46,405 nucleotides of DNA, taken from assembly GCA_002269645.1 (NCBI GenBank), contig NIVC01004426.1, forward strand, positions 1 to 46,405, read 5' to 3'. The notes under the pieces were generated by a model. It had not been told where the DNA came from. It saw nothing but the letters and a program-made list of their open reading frames with translations, and made no database searches. How positions within the stretch are numbered: position 1 is the stretch's first letter; the number at the start of each line of letters is the position of its first letter. This DNA comes from Macrostomum lignano. Taxonomy: Eukaryota. The position numbers and the translations under genes are program-made. Positions 35,201 to 43,300 of the stretch are shown here, piece by piece.

Positions 35201-38200
35201 GAGAGAGAGAAATTAATCTAGTGTCTAAACGCACGAACTCCCACTTCCAGACCTCAAGCCTGGGAACAAAGTTCAGTGTTCACTTACTGATGCGGGCTCC
35301 TCTTCTTTGTCGGGCAGGTTCTCCGAGCTCGTCTCTTCAAATATTCTTCCTCCGGAGTAGTCTTCTTGAATTATAGAATCGGCCGAATATGAGAGCTTAA
35401 TAACTTAGTCCGTCGACGTCAGTATATTCCTCGAGTGCAGAAATCGATATATTCCTCGAGTGCAGAAATCGATATATTCCTCGAGTGCAGAAATCAATAT
35501 ATTCCTCGAGTGCAGAGATGCGCCCTAATAACAAAGTCAACTCTATAACAATAACGAGGTCCTCCGAAAGGGCGTCTTCTTCTAGAAATAACGGAATCGG
35601 AGTCGTTTGCTCCTATCGGTTACTCTAGGGTACCAAAATCAATCAGTCAGTAATCAACTAAGAGTATCGGAATCGGTCCGCAGATCCTATCCAATCCCTT
35701 AGGAATAGGGAGGCCTCAAATTCAATAACTCAATAAATCGACTTATCAGTAACGGCCGGCAATGACACAGCTCTCAATAATCGAACAACAGACTTCAAAT
35801 AACAAAGACTCGAACAAAGGCTTACCAATTGGTGTTTGTCTCTCTCAGAGATATAGCCTTGCTTAGTAACTCTGGCTAAGCCTAAGATCTCTTAAGGCTG
35901 CTCCGAGTCTGAGGTTTCAGCTCGGATTTTCGCTTGTATTTATACACGATTTCATTCGACCTTGAGCTTCAAACTGGTTTTATTGATAAGAATCAAAAGA
36001 TGGACTTTGTCTCTTGACCGGTGGGGTTTTACATAGGAAAGGGGTGAAGCCTAGATCGCATTTAACTTGACCTTTACCATATTTGGAAATTTAGGTTGAA
36101 AACCGGTTTTTTGGACTATGTAACAATCACTCGCTGTTTACGTGATATTACTGAAAATAGAGTATGACGCATGTTAGTTTTAAATGGTATTCATGTTTTT
36201 ATCTTGCTACTTTTAGTAGGCTACTATGCTTGGAGATCTCTACAGGCAGTTGGGTGTCAGGGAAGGCAGTTGAGTGCCAGGGAAGGCAGTTGGGTGTCAG
36301 GGAAGGCAGTTGGGTGTCAGCTAAGGCGGGTTGGGTGTCAGGGAAGGCAGTTGAGTGCCAGGGAAGGCAGTTGGGTGTCAGGGAAGGCAGTTGGGTGTCA
36401 GCTAAGGCGGGTTGGGTGTCAGGGAAGGCAGTTGGGTGTCAGCTAAGGAGGTTGGGTGCCAGGGAAGGCAGTTGGGTGCCAGGAAAGGCAGTTGGGTGTC
36501 AGGGAAGGCAGTTGGGTGTCAGCTAAGGCGGGTTTGGTGCCAGGGAAGGCAGTTGGGTGTCAGGGAAGGCAGTTGGGTGTCAGGGAAGGCAGTTGGGTGT
36601 CAGGGAAGGCAGTTGGGTGTCAGCTAAGGCGGGTTGGGTGTCAGGGAAGGCTCAGACGCAGGAACCAGAGCTTACTGAATACGCAGGTTCTTTGTCCAAA
36701 GCCAGAATTCCAACTCGGCGCCAGCTGTATCGCTTGAGAACCTCCAAGATGGCCTTGTTGAACTCTGCCTGTGTGAGCTGCAGCCTGCTGTAGCTGCCGT
36801 GGACAGCCTTGTTGGACAGGCTGGGAGACGAGTTCCCAAATGCCAGCTGAAATTGTTTATTCATTTTTTCAAGTATTTAGTGCCCATATTGACGCCCGTT
36901 CTTGAATGCCATTTAGTGACACCTAACTGTCTTTTAGCTGACACCATCCAACACTTAAAACCGACACTCTAAGCCACATTCCCTAATATGATCAACAGCT
37001 GTTCCTAAAGAGCCAGAATTCACTGTGTGCAGAATTCACTGTGTGCAGCATTCTGTGCTCAGCATTCATTGTGCTCAGCCCCAGCTCACCATGGGCACAC
37101 GGTACAGGCTGGCAACAGCTGAGACCTCCTCAGACTGACGCGAGTTGCTCATTCCGACTATCAATGCTTTCGCTGGCTGGCTGAAGTACCCTTCAATGAA
37201 TGCTTTGGTCGCTACAAGTCTGTAATATTGATAATACACAAAAGATGTAAAAATAGTTTTAAAAAATCAAGTTTCAAAATTTTTAATGTTTGCCGTACCA
37301 GGGAGGTCATGACCTGGGGCGTCACCATGGATTTTATGGTGGGGGACAAAGCCCAGAATACTACGTGTACATGACTGCTATTTCTATATGTACATTATTT
37401 TCAGAATCTGTGTTGTCAGCACTCCTTTTAGCGCCCGCAGGAACTCATTTTAGCGCCCGCAGGAACTCATTTTAGCGCCCGCAGGAACTCATTTTAGCGC
37501 CCGCAGGAACTCCTTTTAGCGCCCGCAGGAACTCATTTTAGCGCCCGCAGGCACTCCTTTTAGCGCCGCAGGCACTCATTTTAGCGCCACAGGCACTCAT
37601 TTTAGCGTCGAAGGCACTCATTTTAGCGCCGCAGGCACTCATTTTAGCGCCACAGGCACTCATTTTAGCGTCGAAGGCACTCATTTTAGCGCCCGCAGGC
37701 ACTCCTTTTAGCGCCGCAGGCACTCATTTTAGCGCCACAGGCACTCATTTTAGCGTCGAAGGCACTCATTTTAGCGCCACAGGCACTCATTTTAGCGCCA
37801 CAGGCACTCATTTTAGCGTCGCAAGCACTCATTTTAGCGCCGCAGGCACTCATTTTAGCGTCGCAGGCACTCATTTTACCGCCAAAGGCACTCATTTTAG
37901 CGCCGCAGGAACTCAATTTAGCGCCCGCAGGAACTCATTTCAGCGCTGCAGGCACTCATTTTAGCGCCGCAGGCACTCATTTTAGCGCCGCAGGCACTCA
38001 TTTTAGCGCCGCAGGAACTCAATTTAGCGCCCGCAGGAACTCATTTCAGCGCCGCAGGCACTCATTTTAGCGCCACAGGCACTCATTTTAGCGCCGCAGG
38101 AACTCATTTTAGCGCCCGCAGGAACTCATTTTAGCGCCGCAGGCACTCATTTTAGCGCCGCAGGAACTCATTTCAGCGCCGCAGGCACTCATTTTAGCGC

Positions 38201-39058
38201 CGCAGGCACTCATTTTAGCGCCGCAGGCACTCATTTTAGCGCCGCAGGAACTCAATTTAGCGCCCGCAGGAACTCATATCAGCGCCGCAGGCACTCATTT
38301 TAGCGCCGCAGGCACTCATTTTAGCGCCGCAGGCACTCATTTTAGCGCCACAGGCACTCATTTTAGCGCCACAGGCACTCATTTTAGCGCCATAGGCACT
38401 CATTTTAGCGCCACAGGCACTCATTTTAGCGCCGCAGGCACTCATTTTAGCGCCACAGGCACTCATTTTAGCGCCACAGGCACTCATTTTAGCGCCATAG
38501 GCACTCATTTTAGCGCCACAGGCACTCATTTTAGCGCTATAGGCACTCATTTAGGTGCTGCAGGCACTGTGTTTTGTCGCCCTGCAGCAAAATTATTGAT
38601 TTCCATAACGGGTCACAAGGTGGGATGGGGGGGACAAAGCATTGGCATGTCCCACCCATATCTTTTATGGGGGGGGGCATGTCGATCCTCTCTGTCCCCC
38701 CGGTGGCGACGCGCTCCTGTCATAACCTCCCCTTTGCGTAGCATTTCTACAGAATTTGAATCAAATTCCAGCAAAAGCGCAAGCTCGACTTTCTCACCTT
38801 GTCAACGCAGAAATAATAGATTTTAATTCGGAAATCGGGGAACAGGTCCGTAAGGCTGTTAATGACCGGCTCCAGGGCCTGCAGCGCTGGTGCCTCGTCA
38901 GCCCAGCTGGACGATTCTTCAACGCACAAGCTCAGCAGAGCGACTTCAAAACGACTGTCTGACTTGATTGACTGGTTTTGAGCAGCTGCACTGCAGATCG
39001 TGATGGTTGGCAGCAGCAGCAGCAGGCTGTACAGAAGCCAGCAGTTGACCCAGCGCAT
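22783..39058 (-). CDS. GABA-B-receptor-like class C GPCR, 14 exons, about 740 aa, possibly disrupted
   Basis: Signal peptide, Venus flytrap domain ([34 protein letters not shown]), no cysteine-rich domain, and TM region with GABA-B motifs ([43 protein letters not shown]). Splice phases chain consistently except at exon 1/2. TM1 is shortened and exon 13 has a 7-nt insertion. Confidence 0.88.
22948..23293. repeat. (GACA)n microsatellite with GGCA variants
   Basis: Visible; fills GPCR intron 13. Confidence 0.97.
23295..23540 (-). CDS. GPCR exon 13 (TM5-TM7), with a 7-nt frameshifting insertion
   Basis: TTCCAG|[17 protein letters not shown][CAGGGTG][25 protein letters not shown]|GTCTGT. Confidence 0.88.
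23616..25135. repeat. Minisatellite, 30-32-bp unit GGGATTGCTGAGATGCCTGATGACTCATGG, interrupted by a hAT MITE
   Basis: Visible tandem array in GPCR intron 12. Confidence 0.95.
23897..24340. mobile_element. Non-autonomous hAT-type MITE (444 bp) with an internal about 22-bp array
   Basis: Perfect 15-bp TIRs CAGGGGCGTAGCCAG / CTGGCTACGCCCCTG and 8-bp TSD CATGGGGG (23889-23896, 24341-24348). Internal (AAAGAAACTGGCGCCCCCCT)n. Confidence 0.92.
25180..25306 (-). CDS. GPCR exon 12 (ECL2, start of TM5)
   Basis: ACCCAG|[27 protein letters not shown]|GTAGG. Confidence 0.88.
25363..25485 (-). CDS. GPCR exon 11 (TM4)
   Basis: GGCCAG|[36 protein letters not shown]|GTAAC. Confidence 0.9.
25560..26612. repeat. 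Minisatellite, 21-bp unit GTCATCCTCAGTCATCAGTTT, about 50 copies
   Basis: Visible; GPCR intron 10. Confidence 0.97.
26685..27010 (-). CDS. GPCR exon 10 (TM1 remnant, TM2, TM3)
   Basis: TTGCAG|[40 protein letters not shown]|GTGCG. Confidence 0.9.
27055..28392. repeat. Minisatellite, about 17-bp unit GAGGGGAATGTRGAGTT, about 78 copies
   Basis: Visible; GPCR intron 9. Confidence 0.96.
28738..28815 (-). CDS. GPCR exon 9
   Basis: AAACAG|[27 protein letters not shown]|GTGAAG; phase 1 at both ends fits its neighbours. Confidence 0.8.
28894..28957 (-). CDS. GPCR exon 8
   Basis: ACGCAG|[22 protein letters not shown]|GTGAG. Confidence 0.88.
28975..29224 (-). mobile_element. tRNA-derived SINE with CORE-like central domain
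   Basis: Minus strand GGGGCTATAGCCTAGTGG (A box) ... GGTTCGATTCCC (B box), followed by GTCCTTGAGCAAGACACTTAAC (CORE-like, recalled). 3' end uncertain. Confidence 0.75.
29311..29532 (-). CDS. GPCR exon 7
   Basis: TTCCAG|[30 protein letters not shown]|GTTGAA (donor less certain). Confidence 0.78.
29565..29922. repeat. Compound repeat (CTG)n-CTATGGAAA, 18-24-bp units
   Basis: Visible; GPCR intron 6. Confidence 0.95.
30054..30251 (-). CDS. GPCR exon 6
   Basis: TCGCAG|[25 protein letters not shown]|GTGAG. Confidence 0.85.
30383..31980. repeat. Minisatellite, 20-bp unit CCCCTGACACCCAACTGTCT, about 80 copies
   Basis: Visible; GPCR intron 5; reverse complement of the intron 3 arrays. Confidence 0.97.
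32120..32188 (-). CDS. GPCR exon 5
   Basis: CAACAG|[23 protein letters not shown]|GTAAGT. Confidence 0.82.
32333..32710. repeat. Minisatellite, 20-bp unit GCCCCCTGGCTAGCCCCCTT, about 19 copies
   Basis: Visible; GPCR intron 4. Confidence 0.96.
33130..33320 (-). mobile_element. Second tRNA-derived SINE-like element
   Basis: Minus strand GGGGCCGTAGCCCAGTGGTAGCGC..GGCTCGATTCC tRNA-like head with A/B boxes; no regular anticodon arm. Body differs from the SINE at 29.0-29.2 kb. Confidence 0.6.
33389..33502 (-). CDS. GPCR exon 4
   Basis: CTCCAG|[18 protein letters not shown]|GCAGGT (GC donor, required by phase). Confidence 0.75.
33573..35143. repeat. Minisatellite, 20-bp unit GGGTGTCAGGGAAGGCAGTT with CAGCTAAGGCGG variants
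   Basis: Visible; GPCR intron 3, left of the solo LTR. Confidence 0.96.
35144..36244 (-). mobile_element. Solo LTR (1101 bp) inserted in the minisatellite
   Basis: Termini TGAAGAG...CTCTACA (TG..CA, 6/7 inverted), 4-bp TSD GGCA (35140-35143, 36245-36248), TATA-like GTATAAATA on the minus strand near 35940, internal 25-bp x4 repeat, no ORF. Strand is inferred. Confidence 0.8.
36245..36650. repeat. Continuation of the 20-bp GGGTGTCAGGGAAGGCAGTT array
   Basis: Same unit resumes right after the TSD. Confidence 0.95.
36676..36846 (-). CDS. GPCR exon 3
   Basis: TTTCAG|[29 protein letters not shown]|GTAAG. Confidence 0.88.
37090..37219 (-). CDS. GPCR exon 2
   Basis: TTACAG|A then [29 protein letters not shown]|GTGAG. 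Confidence 0.8.
37314..38718. mobile_element. Older hAT-type non-autonomous element (about 1.4 kb) carrying a 21-bp minisatellite
   Basis: Degenerate TIRs CTGGGGCGTCACCA / TGGCGACGCGCTCCT, 8-bp TSD GTCATGAC / GTCATAAC, and GGGGGACA subterminal motifs at both ends. Confidence 0.65.
37420..38550. repeat. Minisatellite, 21-22-bp unit GCACTCATTTTAGCGCCGCAG, about 53 copies
   Basis: Visible; inside the hAT-type element. Confidence 0.96.
38798..39058 (-). CDS. GPCR exon 1 (signal peptide, start of VFT)
   Basis: [17 protein letters not shown]...[14 protein letters not shown]|GTGAG. Confidence 0.85.
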
Positions 39059-40287
39059 GCTGTGTCAGCAATCTCTGTTGAAGGTGATGTTGAAAATTAT
39101 TTAAAGTGAAAATTTATCCAATTACTTTATTACGAGTACTGACGAAGTGCGCGCATAGGCGCATAGCTGAACAAATTGCTTCTTTGCAATTAATTGCTTC
39201 CAGGGCTATATTTTATCTCGTCTCAAAGGGCACGGTAAAAACACGTGACTTCTTTGCAGTTGCGGGTCTAAGGGCCAATCAGACCGATTTTCGATTGACG
39301 CAGGTTTCACTTTGAATAGTCCGTGTGTTGGACGAGAGCAAATGATCGACTGGCAGACACTGTTGCAAGCTGGAGCTGGAGATCTTGCACTACGCTCGGA
39401 TATATAGATCGAATATGTCATGGGAGGTGGTATTTAGCTGTTTCTTCCGCCACTCCCTGACGATGAGGCAACTATATTATTGCTCGAAATACAGTTGTAT
39501 TAGTCTTAATTGCTTTTTGCGAAGCGCCAAATACACAGCTTGTACGTACAGGGTTCGGCCATTAAACAATTCGTCTGAGAAAACTGCATGAATGAAAAAT
39601 ATCGATAAATCTAAAAAAACATGCATAATAAAGCGATATAGGGACAAATGAAATTTCGCTTGATGAAACTTTGCTTGATTGCCGGCCTCAGATAGCATTT
39701 AAATGTATTGAAAAATTATAAGTCTTGATAAAATTATGAATGCCCCTAATTAATTGATGGGATCCATGCGTACATAGTTTGTGCAATCCACTATTACTCA
39801 AAATTCTTCCTTTACGAATCCTAGCTATCCTGCTGTCTGTATAGAAAAACCGGTAATTTGTGCAGGCAAAACGGCATGTTTGATTAATACGAAAAAATTA
39901 ATCGAAGCTAGCGGTGTAAAATATTTAAATGTTAAGTCTAACAAATTTATATTATCCGTTAAATAACTTAAACTATAATTTTTAAATCCTAAAGCAAGCT
40001 TATTTTTATAAGAAAAATACATATTATACCGACTTAGCTGAATTATTTTAAAAAACGGTGTAGTTGCTATGGCTGAGGGCTCATTTACGCCTTTTAATTC
40101 AAAGCAAGCATACATTGTATTTCATATAATTAAAGAATAAGATACACGTAGCCCGTAGGTCGTAGATAGTTATTTAATATTTTTGGTAAATTAAACGCCT
40201 TTTCTTTGAAGCAAAAGGAGTACTTGGATATAGCTAATACCTTCTTAGTTGTGCTTCACTATCAACAAAGGCATTTAATTCTTTCAA

Positions 40288-40321
40288 ATGGATGCAAGCG
40301 AACTGAACTTTGATATTCCAG
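40288..40321 (+). CDS. RPGR: RPGR exon 1
   Basis: ATG GAT GCA AGC GAA CTG AAC TTT GAT ATT CCA G|GTAAGA; phase 1 fits exon 2. Confidence 0.78.
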
Positions 40322-43300
40322 GTAAGATACGAAAAATAGTGCGCATTTTGAGTGAAAAAATTCTATTAAACTCCTGTGACACTTGCAGAAATTTAGCTCT
40401 CTAAGAATATATTATAAATTACATAAATAAAAAATCTCACATGAAACTGACATTTGAAATTTTATTTGAGCCATTTTCATTTTGGATAATTTATTTTGTA
40501 TTTGTTTCTTAAAAATCAACGATTAAAGGAATTTGGATTGCGCGTACATTTTTCGTGATTATAGGAACTTAACGATGTTTCTTTATTGAAACTAAAACAC
40601 TTCATACACATGCTCATGACATGAAGTATAAAAAATGTCCATTGAAAAAAATTGTCCATTGTCCATAAAAAAATCCATTGAAAGAACATAGGGCCTAATT
40701 TATTTATAACTGAAAATTTTTTAATTGAATCATAAATAAATACCAGTATATATTTCATTCTTTTCTGTTTAAAACGAATATCACAATGGAATCTCAGCAA
40801 ACTGATGACCATCTATTTTTTGCAGACTCCGGCGCAATCTTCGCATTCGGCAAAAACGTGCCAAACCGATTTTACGTCAAAAATGACAAAATCGTCTCCA
40901 TGGACTGCGGCGAAGGCCACGCGGTGATGGTGGCCGCCTCCGGCCGGGTGTTTGGCTTCGGCCTGAACGACTACGGCCAGCTGGGGTTGGGCAGCAAGGC
41001 CACCCAGGCCAAACCCGCAGTGGTCAAACAGCTGAAAGAAGACGGCGTCAAAGCTGTGAAAGTTGCCTGCGGCCCAACGCACACGCTGGTGCTGGCAGAC
41101 GACGGCATTGTCTACGGCTACGGGAACAACTCGGACGGTCAGATCACCGGCGACGAAGCCGACTTCACGCGGCCGGTGGAGGTGGAGCAGCTGGAGAATG
41201 TTGAAGTTCGTGACCTCGCGGCGGGGCGGGCGTTCAGCTTGGCCGTTTCTAAGAAAGGTAAGTTCAAATTGCCGCAAAAATGAGCTCGAGGATTAGTTCA
41301 GAAAAACATTCAGGGGACCCATGAATGCAGCAATACACAGGAATAATTATTGGTGGCACTTCAGGAGAGGAGATGACTCATTCAAGAAAAGAAAGGAGAC
41401 CGGTTAAAAATGAAGACCTCAGTAAAAGCAATGAGATCTCAGGATAATCTATGAGCCCTCAAAACCAACTATGAGACGTCAAGATAAACTGTGAGACCTC
41501 AGCGCGTGAACTGAGACTTCAGGATAACCAATGAGACTTCAGGATAAACCATGAGACCTCAGGATAAACTATGAGAACACAAGAAAAAGCCTAAGACAAC
41601 TCAGGCTGATCCTCATTGATCTTCTCTCTTCCTCTGCCAGGCGAGCTGCTGGCCTGGGGCGGCAACACTGAAGGCTGTCTGGGCCAGGAAGACCCGGACC
41701 TGCCGGGCAGCCCGGACCCCATGCCGGTGCACCTGCCAGGCCGAGTGGCGGCCGTGTCTGCCGGCAGCTACCACTGCGCCTGCGTGCTGACTGACGGCCG
41801 GCTGTACGCCTGGGGCGAGACGGAGCGCGGCAAGCTGGGGATCCGCAACGCCGAGGACCAGGAGTTTCTGTTCAGCCCGCAGCCGGTGCCGGTGCCCGGA
41901 CGGGTGCAGATGGTGAGACTGATTAGAGCCGTTATATCAAGATTTTAAATGAGATTTTACTCTTCAAATCTTTATTCGTTTACTTTTCTCAGTAGTGTAA
42001 ATTGAATCACAAATTTGAAAATAAAAATCGGTTATTTTATTTTGTTTATTTTCACAGGTGTCCTGCGGCCTTGAGCACACTCTGGTGCTGACTGAGAACG
42101 GTCGAGTGTACGTCTGCGGCAGCGGCGAGTCCGGGCAGCTGGGCCTCGGCACCGGCTGCACCTACGCGCCGACTGTGAAAGTCGTGTCCGGACTGGAGAA
42201 GCTCAAAGTAGCCTGTGAGTTGATTTAGGAATGATTGAGAGACTTCAGGAATGATTGTGAGACTTCAGGAATGATTGTGAGACTTCAGGAATGATTGTGA
42301 GACTTCAGGAATGATTGAGAGACTTCAGGAATGATTGTGAGACTTCAGGAATGATTGAAAGACTTCAAAAATGATTGTGAGGCTTTAGGAATGATTGTGA
42401 GACTTCAGGAATGATTGTGAGACTTCAGGAAAGATTGTGAGACTTCAGGAATGATTGTGAGACTTCAGGAATTATTTGAGACTTCAGGAAAGATTGTGAG
42501 ACTTCAGGAATGATTTTGAGACTTCAGGAATGATTTGAGACTTCAGAGAAGACTGCGAGACTTCAGGAATGATTGTGAGACTTCAGGAATTATTTGAGAC
42601 TTCAGGAAAGATTGTGAGACTTCAGGAATGATTTTGAGACTTCAGGAATGATTTGAGACTTCAGAGAAGACTGCGAGACTTCAGGAATGATTGTGAGACT
42701 TTATGAGAGAATATCTCAAACCGATAACCCCATATCGACTCTGCATCTCTGAATCACCAATCTCCAGGCGTGGCCGCAGGCGAGCGGCACTCGATGTGTG
42801 TCTGCAGCCGCACCGGCCAGCTGTACGCTTTCGGCGATCCCCAGCACGGCAAGCTGGGATTCAAGCCCGCGACCTCAGGCGGCGGGGGCGGCGGCAGTCG
42901 ATACTCTTCCTCAGCTTCTGGCGGCTGCCTGTTCGAGCCCACGCTGGTGACCGCCCTGCGCCCGATCAGCGTCCAGCAGGTGGTCTGCGGCACCCTCCTG
43001 ACCGCCGTGCTTGCCGTGCCCGCCAAGGACGCCGGCGGCGGCAGCGGGCGGAGCTCCTCGCTGGCCAGGCCGGGCTCGAGCAGCGACAACGAGGCCGACG
43101 ACAAGCTGCCGGCGCTGCGCGGCCGAGCGAGCTCCCTCGGCAGGCGGGGCAGCTTCCAGGAGCTCAACAATAACAATAGCGGCATCGGCACCTCGGCGTC
43201 TCTGGCCGACAGGCGGGTCGGCGGCGGCCGGCTGGCGCCGTTGTCGTTGAACGGCGCGGAAAGACCGGCGCCGAGCGGCTCTCTGGATCGGAGCGGCAGA

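Noticed and set aside
40786-40825. ATG at 40786 as the RPGR start
   Set aside because: It lies in an intron ending at a strong acceptor; upstream exon 40288-40321 fits better.
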